Position numbers and translations under genes: made by a program. From Amoebophrya sp. A120 (lineage: Eukaryota; Protista; Dinoflagellata), in contig CAJINV010000005.1 of NCBI GenBank assembly GCA_905178155.1, forward strand, positions 1,638,438-1,702,437: DNA of 64,000 bases, given 5' to 3'. The notes under the pieces were generated by a model. The model saw nothing but the letters and a program-made list of their open reading frames with translations, was not told where the DNA came from and ran no database searches. Shown piece by piece: positions 34,187 to 47,259 of the stretch (its first letter is position 1; each line of letters starts with the position of its first letter).

Positions 34187-37100
34187 GGGAAGCAGATCTC
34201 GTTGCCATCGTCATGCCCGCGGGAGAAGATCTCGGCGTTGCACAAGCAGGCTTCCTTTTCCCGGTTCTCATCGTGCTCATTCAGGATGAAGGACCGCTCC
34301 TGATCATTCTTGTTCACCACGCTGAGCAACAGAGTGCCCGCGTCCTCCCCACACTGCGCCAACATTTCGAGGATCAAGCTGACCTTTTCCCCAAAGCTCT
34401 GTTTCTTGAAATCCTCGCTGTCCACCAGCACCGACAACTTGTCTGTCGGCTTCTGCTTGCACTGGTCGCGCATGTGGTCCGGAGAAAAACAAATCGAGCA
34501 GACGCTGGCTTCGTAGACGCAGTCCTCGGTCTTATGCTTGGTTGACAAGCACTTCCTGCACCGGATCTGCTTCTTCCCGAAGTTGGTTCGTTTGCGGGTA
34601 AACGTCTTACCACCCTTGTTGGTGTTGCCTTTTCCACTGCCCCAGCTCCCTTTTCCCCTTTTCGGGACTGGCCACTTTCCGGTCTGCTTGGCGGGATCCC
34701 ACTTGTAACTGGATCCTCCACCTCCGACCTTGGCAGCGAAAGCTTCTTCATCAGCATCAGATCCGTCTTTTTCGGAGTCCTTGTCGCTGTCTTCGGCTGT
34801 AGGCAGAACGCGCTCACCCAGCCCGATCCCCTTTTCGGTGTCATCCCCGGCGAGGTAGTGGAGAACGTCGGCTTCCTCCTTGTGCTCGAGGTATTCCAGC
34901 AGTCGCTCCAGGTACGGCACGAAAGGAGTCCGGTATTCGGGATCAAACATGAGCTCCGCCGTGATCTTCTTCGGCCAGTTCTTACCCGTCTTCATCTGGA
35001 ACTGCTGCCAGGTGTGCTTCCTCGCGGCGACGGTTCTTCCGATGAGACTCACACCAACGTCATCCGCCGCCTGGAAGTACCGTTGCAAACACTCCCGGGC
35101 GGATTCGTCCTTTTTCATGGTGAAGCTGTAGAAGCGCGCGCTTTCCTCTTTTCCTTTGATGAAGCCCGACTTGTACTTTGAGTACATCACCTCGATCAAA
35201 TTCCGGAACGTCAAGGCTTCCCGCTTGCTTCTGTTCAGCTTCCACCGTCGCAAATTCGCCTTCATCCCTTCCTTCATGCACCGGGCAAACTTCGATGCCT
35301 TTTTCGCATCTTCATCGAGTTTGTACACCAACTCCTCGATGAACTGGGACTCGTACTCGAATGGAAACAGTCGGCGCGTCCCGTCCGACTCCTTGGCCAG
35401 CTTCTTCAAGTGCGATTCCATCGCCCGGAACCATGAGAAGAGGCTCGAGTGGCTCTCGATGGTTGGCGGCGGGAAGTCCGGCATCCGGTCCTTCATCAAC
35501 AGCACATAGTGCGCCGGCGCGGATTCACCGGCCGCGATGTTGATGTTGTGCTCGATGGCGTAGTCGCTCTCGAGCACCATCCTGGTGAAGCGGAATTTGT
35601 CATTTTCCATAACTCCCTTGAACTCGTCATCGGGATCTCCACCAAAAGGACTTCCACCGGAGGGACCACCGGATCCACCTCCGCCACCGCCCGGATTTCC
35701 ACCATAGCTGCTCTGTCCGTCATCGCCACCCTCGGATCCGCCATTGGACCCGCCATACCCGTTTCCACCGTTACCGTTACCCCCATTACCGTTTCCACCG
35801 TTACCGCCATTTCCACCGCTAGATCCTCCATTGGATCCTCCACCGTGGTTTCCACCGCGGTTTCCGGTAAGTTTCTGGCTGTCCTCTTCGTTCGGGTCGT
35901 CACGGAAACGAGAAAAAGGGTTGGCGTCGGACAGCTGCTTTCCACCGAGCTTTTGCAAGTTGTTGGAAGTTAGTTGTCCGCCGAGTGCGATTCGATTTGC
36001 TCCGGTGACGAAATTCGGAATTCCCGTCTTTTCCTTCAAAGTTTTCTTCCTCGGAGGGAGATTCAACTTGGTGCCCGCGAAGCTGTTGCTCTTGATGTTT
36101 CCATCATTATCCCGCTTTTCGTTCAGAAATCCGCCGCGGCACATCCGCGGCGTCAGCTTTTGCGCGGCTTTCTTCGTGGAGCTGATTTCGTATCCTTCCG
36201 GAGCCTTGTTGTTGAATCCTTTGTCAGCACCCAGGGCTTTGTTGGTCATTTCGTCGATCAGGATTTTTGGCAGGGAGTCTCCGCGCCAGGGCTGTTCTTC
36301 TTCCTTGATCCGCTGCTGTTCGCTGACGCGCGCGATGTGCATGCTCGCCCATGACCTCGACTGTTTTCTCTAAAGATTCTTCCATCTTCTTCGTTATTTC
36401 GAGCCGCAGCTTTTTCTCGATGTTCTCGCTAATCTGTTTCACATCAACAGCATTAGCATTGGCGGAAGAAGAAGCACTCTGCGTCAATGGCCGCGCCTCT
36501 TCGAGGATGTTCGTCCTATTTACTTCCTCGCTCCGCAGTTCCTCCATCTGCCGGCGGAATTCCTCGCTGTCACTGGACATTTCCGCCTTAGTCTCATCCT
36601 GACTATTTTTCAGCTCCCCGACCAGTCCGGTGAACTTCCGTTCCATCGCGACAAATTCCTCGCGCACGGACTGCTGCTGCTGCCTGGTTAAGCTGATTGG
36701 CAAAATTTGCACCCATCGTCGCCATGTCGTTTTCGATCTTCTTAAACGACTCGGCGATTTGCTCGCCATCCCGTCGCAAGGCACTGGTGCTGTTCGCCAA
36801 GTGCTTCTGCTGGGATTCCTGCATCTGCTGCAAAAACTGCATCATTTGTTCATGCTGTTTTGCCTGTTGTTGCGACTGATGGCTCAGCTCTGTTCCAGCT
36901 TTGACGATGCGACTGATCGCTCCCTCTTGCTGTTGCTGCTGCTGGTTCAAGTGGATAGCAGCTCCTGCAACCTGATCAATCTTCTCACCCTGCAAATTGT
37001 CGGCTTCGTGCAGCTCGTGGACCGCACCGGCGACCGAGGACGTTGGCTCGGTTGCGCAGCATCCTTCCTTCCGGTGTTCATGATCAACTCGCGGTCCGTC

Positions 37101-37546
37101 ACTCCATTTTTCGAGGAGTTTTGCTGATTGTTCTTTCCCCCATTGTTATTGGCGAGATTGTTGCTCTTTCCTCTGCGATTTCCCTTTCCGTTCTGCGCGC
37201 CCCAATTCCCGTTCTGCACGCTGGGATCGTACGCGTAGTCCGTCCGCGGCCGCTTAGAAGTGACTACCTTCCACCCGTCGGCGTCGCTCTTGCCACTGCT
37301 GGACGTCGCCATGCTGTATTGTTCCGGCGGTCCCGGTGGCGACGGCGGAACGTTCTGGACTTTCACAATCGCGAAAGAGGAAGAGGCCGTTTTTCCGGAT
37401 CCTGCGGCTCCAGCGGAGGGCTCCGGTTCCTCTGCGGTTCCCGGACTCCCCTGGAACACGGGTTCGATTTCCGACGTCATCATGACTTCATCCAGACCCG
37501 GCGGACTGCTTCCGCCCATAGACTCGCCAGAAGACGAGATCGCCAC
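34159..37546 (-). pseudogene. Gag-like region (coiled-coil N-part split by frameshifts; 727-aa ORF with two CCHC zinc knuckles)
   Basis: CRKCLSTKHKTEDC and CSICFSPDHMRDQC; Gly/Asn-rich linker; overlapping ORFs 37546-36947, 36995-36603, 36784-36224 and 36342-34159. Confidence 0.8.
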
Positions 37547-37620
37547 TTCCCCGGATCACCGTCGAAGCTCGCTTGGGCTCCTTGGCTAACTCGAAGGCGA
37601 AGACCGCTCCGAGTGATAAA

Positions 37621-37653
37621 GAGTAGCAAGCCTGCTACTCCGCTACCTACCAC
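37621..37653 (-). promoter_or_regulatory. Putative primer-binding site with adjacent hairpin
   Basis: The minus strand reads G-TGGTAGGTAGCGGAG immediately after the 5' LTR. Overlapping 8-bp stem GAGTAGCA-agcc-TGCTACTC (37621-37640). Confidence 0.6.
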
Positions 37654-38138
37654 TGTTTTTAAGGTGATCCAAGATCTGGATGCTCTTGATCAGCGCCGAA
37701 GATCTTTGCGCACTCCGCTCGTGATTCGCCGCAGGAACAGGTTTTGTTTTGAGAGGAAGAGAAAACTCACCCAAGGTGAATTGGAGACATTTGCTTTTGA
37801 TTCTTTTCAGACTTGTCAACTTACAGCTTGCAGCAAGTTAGTGGCTTGAGCCACGAATACCATCACACGCACACGCGCACGAGGCTGGGTGAAAAGAGGG
37901 CTCATTGATGTGTTTTGGTGAAGAGAAGCAAAACGATTGAAGATGAAAGCAAAGCTCTCTTTTTATTTGCACTCGTGATGAAACGGAAAACCTTAAGCAA
38001 ACGAATCCGATTTGTGCTGTTTGCAACCCACAAAAACTTTGCCCGAGTTATTCCGTTTCCTCTCGTCGTGCGGCGAGTCTCTCACTTCATTTCAAATCTC
38101 TCCGGCACTGAAGCGAACATCTAAAGAGGATATTCACA
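37654..38138 (-). repeat. 5' LTR
   Basis: Direct repeat of 25458-25942. Confidence 0.95.
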
Positions 38139-38488
38139 ATAGGCACTGCTCATTAGATGTGATTGTCGTCTTCGTTTCGACGTCTTCATTTCATTGTGGT
38201 TTCGATTTCATCAACGTCCGAGTAACGAAGACCGGGAGTTGTTCACTTTCAGCATCGTCCTCTCCAAGTGTTCCGGCTGCGCTTTCGCGAGCACGAGAGA
38301 TACTTTTAGCGTCATGCTCATGCGCTTTTGTAAACTACAAGCGGTCGCCTGCACCTGCTCGTCCCTCGAAATTGTTCATTTGAAGATGTTCTCCTTTTAC
38401 GTCGAGGTTGCACTACTTCCTTGCACATACACATTCATCCTGAATTTTCATAAATGAACTTTCTATCCACTGTCCTCGTCACAGTCTA

Positions 38489-41400
38489 CTACACGACGAC
38501 CTCCGCGCAGTACGTGACATCCTCTGCCTCGTCCCCAGGACGAGCACCACGATCAGAAACCACCAAAACTTCCTATGCAATGCAAAAGGAAAAGCATCGT
38601 ACTACTATAAATTGCATTACAAATTAGCCCAGCGTTACAAAATGAATCAGCATGCTGATTTGCCTTGAGAAAGAGATTTGTAATGGTGCATGAATGCAAT
38701 TACTACGAGTACGATACTTTTGCACGGGCTACTTCCCGCTCCTCGGCGATGTCGCGCAGCAACCGCAGGGGCGCGCTCGTATCCTGTGCAAAAGTATCGC
38801 ACTCCTACTCGTATAAGTGCAAGTCTTGCATTACAAATCTTGTTCCCAAGGCAAATCAGCATCACAGATTATATTTCTCATGCTGAGTAAATTTGTAATG
38901 CATTTATACGAGTACGATACTTTTGCACTTCATAGCTCGACACCGTGCCCAACTTCGGCGCGTCCTTCCGCAGAACCAAAATCTTATCAAATGTAAAAAT
39001 GTCTGGGTCTGGAAATTTGTGATGCTGAGTGGCGTAGCATGAGGAGGCCACAAGTGCTGGCTCAGCATGACAAATTTCTGAGCTCGTAGGCGTTGCCTAT
39101 TCTGCATGACAAACTGCGTCTCCGCATGACAGAGAAAAAGATCTCTTGGGCAATGTGCATGACAGATTTAAGAGTCATGCCAGACAAGCATGACAAACAT
39201 GCATTCTTCCAGACCCAGACACTTTTACATTTGATAAATCTGCGTGTACAGCAAATTTGCCGGCAGGTCGCGCAGCAAGGACACCGTGAACTCCTGCACT
39301 TTTTGCCGCAATTTCGGGTACACGGGATTGCAGACGACGAAGCACTCGAAAGCGGACAGAGCGTCCACGATAGAAACCGGAAGTCGATTCCGAATCGACC
39401 GCTCCACGCCCAAGGCCGCTAGGTAGAGCAGCCCGCTGTTCTTGATAAAATCAACTCTTTTAGATTTGGAGGAAGGTACAAATGATGTTGTTCTACTGCT
39501 AGAAGTAGTTCTAGTAGTTGTGCCACTGCTAGTACTAGCAGCCGAAGTAGACGTACTAGAGTAGTTTTGGTTATAATTTTCTCTGTCCTCTTTCAGTTTC
39601 ATCGTCGGCCCCCAAGCGGCCGGATTCAACAGTAGCCAGGCGTGGGCGATTATCGCAAGAAAAAACTGCTTCACTGTGAACTTGTGATGCAGAAAATGGA
39701 TCGCATAAGTGTGTATCATGCCCCACATGCAAGACAATGGATTTTTAGCTGTGTTTTCCCTTAGGAACCCCGCATGACAGATTTTTAGTGTCACGCGTAA
39801 CAAACTTGTGATGCAGATTTTGCAAAATCACCACAGTGAAACAGTTTTTTCGTGCGATAGCGATGGAAAAACACGCGCGGGGATCCACGGTCTTCTCAAA
39901 CCGGAGTCGCGCGGCCAACGACTCCGTCCAGTTCTGGACCAGAATGTTCGTGTGGTTGTGGGTGTGGGCACTTCTGCGCGCGATGGTTTTGTAGACAAAA
40001 CAGAGCTGGGAAAAATCCAGGCGTATGCAGCAGTGCAAAAATCCAGGCGTAAAGTTTACTGTATTTTCGAATTCGTTTGCAAAAATAATGCGTACTAGCT
40101 GAACCAGCATCACAATCAACATGACTAATCCGATTAGACCGAGGACACTTTATTTCTTTGCATTTTTCATAAAGCGGTTCATTTTTCCCGGGTACTCCAT
40201 GTTCTCCACTGCGTTTTTGCCTCGTTTGCGCCGGAGCAGCACCGTCTGCGGTCGCTTCATGTACTCGAACCGCGTAATGTCAGCTTCCTCCGAAAGGTCG
40301 AGCCGATCGTATGAGAGTGCACAACTTGAGCCTCCACCCTCATTTGTGGTGCCTGAACTCGCCGTCAAAAAGCGGCCTTAGCCTGCAGGTTTTGAAATTC
40401 AGAAACTGACGCGAGATTGTACTGCCGTTCGGGCTGCGAAATAAACCGGTCGTCCTGCAAACAGTGCCAAGAAGGAGCAAGCACTGGGTGTGGGTCCGGC
40501 TTTTGGCATGAAAAATGAAGATGAGTAGGAGTCAGTTGTGCACTCTCATAGGTCGCCGAGCAGTTGCACGACCGCACCCTGGATTTGCGTGATTTTGTCC
40601 AGGTGTTCCGACGTTTGCCGCCAATGCATTGAAAAAGTAACGCACTTGTACAAAAAGTAAGACTGCATTGCAAATCCCTTTCACTTTCTTAAACCTAAAC
40701 GTCAATTCGCCTATACATCAAACTCCGGCTCTCATGCTTTAGAAAATAATTTGTGTTTATTGTCATACGATTTCTACAATTAGTACAGTACAACTTTTGC
40801 ACAGGATAACCCAGTTTTTCGAGCAAATCTGCGGTGATCAGTAAGTGGGCCGCCGTCCGGACCGACGTGATGTGCGCGGCGTTCGTCGCCAGCGATTCCA
40901 GCGCTTTCTGCAGCACCGCCCGGGCGAGCGGGAGGTCGAGGTACGTTTTGCTCAGCGCCAGCCGCTTCGCCCGCCGGGTTGCGCGCCGTTCCTTCAGCGT
41001 CCTGGCGCCGTCGCGCAGGAGTTTTTCCGGGATCGAGTCCGGAATGTGCCACGTCGCCATGCTGTGCCGGTACCGCCGGACCATGGTGAAGTCCTCCGTG
41101 GTCGTACCTCTGCTGTTGGTGCTGTTGCTGTCGGCACGAGCATTATCGTCTTTACGAGCATGATTTGCATTATCGTCTTCGATAGTTCTTCTCTTTCCCT
41201 CCGGCTTTATTTTCGTCGTGCCACTGCATGCTGCATAGGACTCGTTGAGGTCAGCATGCCTTGGTGCAGCTGCTGCGTCATCTATTTCAGGTTTTTCAAC
41301 ATAATTCTCGGCTTCTGTATCTCCCTCCGTTTGCTCCTCCTGCTGCGGGGATTTATTTTTTACAACTTCTACGCTCAACAAATCTACTTCTGGCCTCGCG

Positions 41401-43289
41401 ACACTGCGACCATCATCGGCGTCAAAATGTGTTGCAGTTCCATTCTTTTTGCTTTTCCGCCCGCGTGGCTGAGTAGGAGCTCCTCCGCGGCCGCTATTGT
41501 TGTAACTCCTTCCCTGCTGCGATGAAGACGCCGCGTTCATCCTGTGCTCTGGCAACTCGTACCATGTGAACCTGGAACCTTTTACCTGCTTTCGGCTCTT
41601 GTCCTTGATTTTGAATTCAAAGTCATCCGCATCGGCCGCGGTCGCGAGCGGCGCATCGGCAATACTGGCCTTATCAAAAAGGATCTGTGCGTTGTCATCT
41701 AGTACTGCACCATCCTGGTCGTAGTTCCAGGGATTGTAGAGCGACGCCGCGGACTTTTCCGCGGCCTCCACCCACTGCTCGCCTTCAACATTTGGTGCAT
41801 CTGTTGGGTGAAAATTTGTCGTGGAACAGAACGCGGCTGACGCGACCGTCACTCTGTCATTGTTCTCCTCGGTCTTCAATATGGTGCCGTCTAGTACTTC
41901 TGGAGCGGACGTCAAGTTTGAGTCTGAAGACATACTGGATGAAAAAGTACAAGATCCCGGGGGCGCTCTAGCAGTGCAAGCTGGTGTAGAAGCTGTAAAA
42001 ACCTGTTTCACACTGTCAACTCCCTCTTTTGATGTTGTCGCGAGCTGCTTTAGCTTTTCTTCACCGGCACTTGTTGCACTTCCCAACGGCGTGGTCGCCA
42101 TCGCAACGCCACTACTCAGCAGTTGCCTCTCATCCACATCGTAAACGTACTCCACGACTGCCTTCAGCACGTGCGCCCAATCCTGGGCCACCAAGCCCTC
42201 CCGGTCCCGCCACGTCTGCAGCATCAGGTCGTTCCACGCGTGACAGGCAGGCTTCGTGTGCCACGTTTCCGTCCCGCGGATCCCCGATCGGTCCCGGTCC
42301 TCCAGGAAATACCACAGTTTCTTCACGACCGGGCGGGGCCTGTACCCGAAAGCCGGGCAGGAGGTCGTTTTCAGGTCCAACAACGCCGAAGTTGTACTAC
42401 TGTGGCCTCCATTCGCGGCGTCCTGCCGGTTCGCCTCTTTCACCTGGTACTTGTGCATGAACTGCTTCCGCACCTGCCACGGCAACCGTCTCTGCACAAT
42501 CAAGGATTCCGGTTCGTCGGTGTTCATGTTATCGTCGTCCTCAGCCTCATGTACCAAGTGCTCGGGAACTTCTTCGTCGTACCCGCCGAGAATGGCTTCG
42601 GTAGTCAAATGGGATCCAGTGCCCGCCATCGGGTGCTCTTCGTACTGGTCAATTTCGTCCGGACTGATCGCATCGGCGCGGGTAAACGATAATGAAACGC
42701 CCTCGTCCTCGACCTCCTGATGTTTTTCTCTCTCCTCGACGTCGCAGGTCATGCTCCTCTTCCTGTCCGAGCGTGTTCTTTCCGCCACTTGTTGGGACGA
42801 CGAGGGCGACGACGTCCCTTCTGCTGCTCTCGAACTCGAACTATGAAGCGGAGTAGAACTACTGTACCCTCGTACTACAACCTGGTGGCGGAGAAACAAG
42901 TCTGATGAAGATGAGAGGACAAGAGGATCATTATGATCCGCATGCGACCACGGTGGACGGGGACAGGACGCCGAACTTGTTCTTCCCCGCGGCGCGGCTA
43001 AAAAACGTGCTGCTGCTGCCACAGTACTTCTACAACAAGTAGAACTCGTTGAAGACGAGGCAGGGACGAGCGTGGAGGTGCTGCTGCGCTTGATATTTCT
43101 ATCGGTAACTACACAGCCTTCTGGAAAATGTTGTCCGTGTCCTGTCTTGTGCAAAGAAACCACACGACTGAGCTTCGTCTTCATCAGGGGACCCGCGTCC
43201 ACGGAGCCGGCCTTAACGCCGGGCGCCGACCGCGCGCCTCCAACAAGCTGCACGCTGGTATTATTCACCTTCAACATCTTCTTCTTCAT
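38489..43289 (-). CDS. Hypothetical multi-exon protein (possible organellar targeting N-terminus)
   Basis: 864-aa ORF 40695-43289 plus 3' exons joined in frame by removal of six introners (LLGD|RLDL, MNR|LDFS, FSIA|HAWL, TQI|LVLR, VSS|APLR, ERE|VLVV...EVVV*). One junction near 40624-40808 is unresolved. Confidence 0.7.
38574..38731. mobile_element. Introner, family A (degenerate)
   Basis: TAT...CTA; perfect DR CTTCC; in frame. Confidence 0.82.
38780..38934. mobile_element. Introner, family A
   Basis: Perfect DR GCTCG; in frame. Confidence 0.9.
38985..39236. mobile_element. Introner, family C
   Basis: Perfect DR AATCT; in frame. Confidence 0.9.
39651..39859. mobile_element. Introner, family F-like
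   Basis: TATCGCAAGAAAAAACTG IR; perfect DR GCGAT; in frame. Confidence 0.9.
40024..40171. mobile_element. Degenerate introner
   Basis: TAT...ATA; DR AGGCG/AAGCG; in frame. Confidence 0.7.
40310..40550. mobile_element. Introner, family D
   Basis: Perfect 17-bp IR TATGAGAGTGCACAACT; DR GATCG/GGTCG. Confidence 0.9.
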
Positions 43290-45476
43290 GCAGCAGGGAC
43301 GTCGTCGTGTGGAGAAAGTTGCATACTCATCTTCATCTTTCGGCCTCGTCTAGAAGTAGTACTTGGGATGTCCGTCGCCTCTAGCGCGAAACGCGACTTC
43401 CAGCACGAACTTGGTGTGCTGACAGAAAAAGCGCCACTAGAGACCGACGACCTCCACGAAACACGAAGAACGACACCAGTGATCATGAAAACGCGAACCA
43501 CAACCTCTTTGAAGACCTTCTGCGTTCTACTTGATGAGGACGATCTGGCGAGATCTTCTTACTAGAAATACACGAGAGGCGAACATTAACGGATAGGGCA
43601 AGAAGCATGTCTCCCAGTTGAGACCGGGAGACGGGCGTCAGTCTTTCTGTTGAGCGCCGCTCCGCCAATGAATCGCTAGTCCTGGTGGTACTTACTTCTT
43701 TCCTATGGCAGCAACAAGACACAGACTTCTCGCTGCTAGCGCGGTCTTCACGTCGATTCATTATACCACACGGTTTTTCGATGCGGCACGTCGTCAGCTG
43801 CAAGCTGAAAGCGCACCACTTCGCGCATCCTGATGGTGCCCTCTGGCGGATGCAAAACGCTTTCGAAAGTGAAATCTAGACGATGACTTATGAAAAGCGG
43901 AAGCATTTCTGATCATCATCATGATATTTGTAGCAATGTGTAAAAATCATACATTAGACTTGGAACAAGAACCACACCGATGAACCTCTGCACATCATGT
44001 TGCGGCCTTTTCTCTAGATGCTCTAGCTTTTCCTCTCGTCCAAATCCGTAATGGTAATGCTAATAGTAAACAACTACAAACATGACATTCAATGTGTACC
44101 GGATGAGCATGCTCGTCTTCCTGCCGGAGAGGTCCAGTCTCAGTGACAAGAAAAAAAAAAGTTCTTTTCAAAGAAAAAAAAAGAATTAGAGCTAAGAATA
44201 CAACACTGTGATCAGACGTAAAAAAATGAGGCGTCGAAAACGACGTACCACGTACGACAAAGAAACCTCTACCGCAACCAAGGCACGGCGTAACTACAAC
44301 TTCAAATTATCGTTTTCTAATCACGAGCGAGTAAAACAGCTATAAAACATAAAGAGGTAAAACTTTAGTACGTAAGACCACGTTGTATCAGTTTGCAAGT
44401 TTTGCAAACCCACGAAGAAAGCTTGTTGGGGGGTTCGTCCCGTCACTTCTACGACTGAGAATTGAGCGACTGAGAATTACTTTCCCGTCTGTTTTTTTTT
44501 TTCACTTTCACTAATAGTTTTAGAATTAGCATAATTTGAATAAGTAACATAAGAACGCTGGAAAGCAAAAGCTGCAGTCAACTGCTCAATTGTTTGCTGA
44601 ACTCTTCAGTTACAGTTAATACAGTCAAATTGTAGTTCAGACATTGACATTATATAGTTCTCGATTGAGGTACGGCATCCTTGTGGATTTCTTGTCCCAC
44701 TTAGTCTTAGTAGAACCAATAAAACGAAATGCTTTTGCTTTAATACGTTTGATCTTTCCTCGTCGTCCTAGGTAATCAATAAAACTGCTCTGCTGGCCCT
44801 CCGCCCTGGCTGCAGCGTAAAAAACGCTCTCTGCATTTCTGTAGTACGATGAATTGGCCTCATTTCTTCTTCGCCTTCGACTTGGTGGCCGTGCTCGTTT
44901 CCGGAAACATCTATGACAGTGCACACCTCGCCCTCCCCCTCCTAATCTCGTTGTAGGACATCAAAAACAGCAATGCAAGCGTCGGGAACGAGAACTTCTA
45001 CAACCCAGGTTTGGCATGACAAGTTTCTTTGCAGCGCAAGGTTTGGATAGATTTCTAAGTTTTTGGGTGGCTGCAACACGACAATGTGGTCATGCAAAAA
45101 GTCAAAGTGCAACCGAGTTGTCGAAGTGAGGCACAGTGTGGATTTGATTAAAAATTAATTTTGCATTCCAAGTATTTGGACGGGTGACGCCGAGTTGTGC
45201 ACTCCCGTAACAACACCGATCCTGGGAATAAGACCGCTGCCATAAACGCAAACGTATGAAAGCGCCAAGCTAGACCCATGAACTCGGCACAGTTTAAATG
45301 ATAACGATTCCTAGCGCATAGGATGCAACCAACATCAAAGTGCTGCCCGCCTTGCAGAGGCAGAGGAGAAGGCAAGTGAGGGCGATTGAAGTACTGCCAA
45401 TCGTCCAAGTTTTAAAACATAGAAGAAAGATCCACCTATGGACGCATAGCAACCAAAAATTTCAACTGTCTTGATT

Positions 45477-45893
45477 TCAATGACCTGACGCTTCGCTTCC
45501 ATAAAACGCTATCGGCGCGTTGTACTGCTTCGGAAACATGGGATGGTCCGGCTGGTCGTCATAATTGAAACGCAGCAGGTTCACCAGAATCGCGTACACC
45601 GGGATGTTCAGCATCCGGCACCAGAACACGCGATTTTCCGGATTTTTGTCCCACAAAGACGAAAACGCAAGCACGGCCAGGGACAACGCGCACGCTTCGT
45701 AGGCGCAGACGAACCGGCCCATCAGGACGTGAAATTTCTTCGAGGGAGCCAAAGCGGAGTGTCCGCGCGCATACGCCTCCGGGTCGTAGAGAAGCTGCGT
45801 GCTCACGACGAAAGAAATCAGGGAGCAGATAGTGATGCTTGCCTTCGTGGCGTAGCGCTGCAGGAGATGAGAGGTCAATGAAAGGGACGACAT
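45477..45893 (-). CDS. Small hypothetical membrane protein (3 hydrophobic segments; 3' end may be spliced)
   Basis: 138-aa ATG-initiated ORF with GC3-rich codons typical of real exons here. Confidence 0.6.
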   Translation of the reverse strand: MSSLSLTSHLLQRYATKASITICSLISFVVSTQLLYDPEAYARGHSALAPSKKFHVLMGRFVCAYEACALSLAVLAFSSLWDKNPENRVFWCRMLNIPVYAILVNLLRFNYDDQPDHPMFPKQYNAPIAFYGSEASGH

Positions 45894-47259
45894 CTTTTTA
45901 GTTCTTATTTCACCTGCGTACTGCTGGACTTAAAAAAATATGGTGGCTCTGAGGCGATATGCGAGAGGCGCAGAGTAGGCAAAGGGGTTGCAACAATGTT
46001 ACAACAGCTTTGTTCTATCAATATTGATTCCTGTGTTTCAATATTCTTGTTTTTCGAGTTGGTTGGAGGCTGGCATGTCTCCAACCTTGTCAGGATCGTG
46101 ATCATCTTGCTTCTGATCCACGTCTGCGGTAACTCGATCTTGATCTCTAACTTTGTTGCTCGTGTTGCTTACTTGGAACATTTTCGTTTTCTTTGATTTT
46201 TCTTTTTGCTTTTACGTGCGCCTGGCAGACCGTGACCGATGAGAGGGTGCTCAATTGCGGTGGTGAATCTTTAAGTGTCATCACCGGCATAATGTTCGAT
46301 CCCGTCCAAATGAAGATCTTTCTCCGAGCGACCAATCGATCTCCGGATGCTGATCGATCTCCATATATTTCGATCCTACAGCGGAAGAAAAAGTTTCCTC
46401 GTCAATAATTATATAAAGGTCAACACCTAATATAGGCGTCACAGCGTGCTGCGAAATAACATCGGGATCTGGCCGTGCCGGTTGTGTGATAACAATGGGC
46501 AGAATTCGTTGCCTCGGAAGATCACGTGGTCGTCCCGTCGGATGATGAAACTTATTCTCCTGCTTTTGGTAGGTTCTCTGCGTGTGCATTACGTAACAAG
46601 ACAAGACCAAGAGGAATGCCAATATTTGCGATCGAAAATTCATATCACCAGTTGCATCTTCCGGGGGATAGAGATAGACTTTGATTTATCATGAAACAAA
46701 ACACGAAACGCTGTCGAAAAATCAATTGAAATTCAAATAAACGAGTGCCATATAAACAAAAACAGCTTTGTACAATAGTTGAGGAAAGGCAACTAATTTT
46801 ATGGTCTTTACCAGGCAGAAGTCTCTTTGGAGGTTGTATCCCTTCTCATTTTGTTGTTTTACTTCTTCTTTCGCCAGGCGTAGTTATTTTGGATGCTAAA
46901 TCAAGAAATCCAATGTGAGACTGAGCTATTCCTATTGGCTGAAACAATGAATAATTATACAGTGCTGGTGTACCTGCGGCATTCATCCAACAGAAAATAG
47001 GTGCTCGCTAAACAAATAAAGCTAACCTATTCTGATAGAAGTTAGAGTCATCGTACATGATCTTCATCTGCATACTAATTTTCTGCGAATTATAGTAAAC
47101 CCAATTATCCTCGCATCATGACACAAGTATTTGTTTTTCTTTCGATGGTCGGGGGGCCGAAGACGAATCTCTCCACAGCAGCGCGAGGATTATGTTTATG
47201 CACGTGTCCTTCACGATCGCTCTACTAGAGTGGTCCTGGACAAAGACGCGACACTCTTT

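Larger units (their letters stand above)
25458..38138 (-). mobile_element. Ty1/copia-type LTR retrotransposon, 12,681 bp, degenerate (several frameshifts)
   Basis: Two 485-bp TG...CA LTRs with about 17 mismatches by manual count; 4-bp TSD ATAG (25454-57 / 38139-42). Domain order is Gag-CCHC, putative PR, DUF4326-like, INT, RT, RNase H. Confidence 0.95.

Noticed and set aside
35690-35860. 9/12-bp repeats encoding Gly/Asn
   Set aside because: Ordinary low-complexity Gag linker.
456-38934. Recurrent ORF-ending peptides such as CKSIVLV, EILKVEII and PDPDIF
   Set aside because: These are translations of introner TIRs, not a protein motif or gene family.
43400-47200. Short ORFs (44637-44924, 45148-45408, 46281-46643)
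   Set aside because: No recognisable domains or splice structure; insufficient support.
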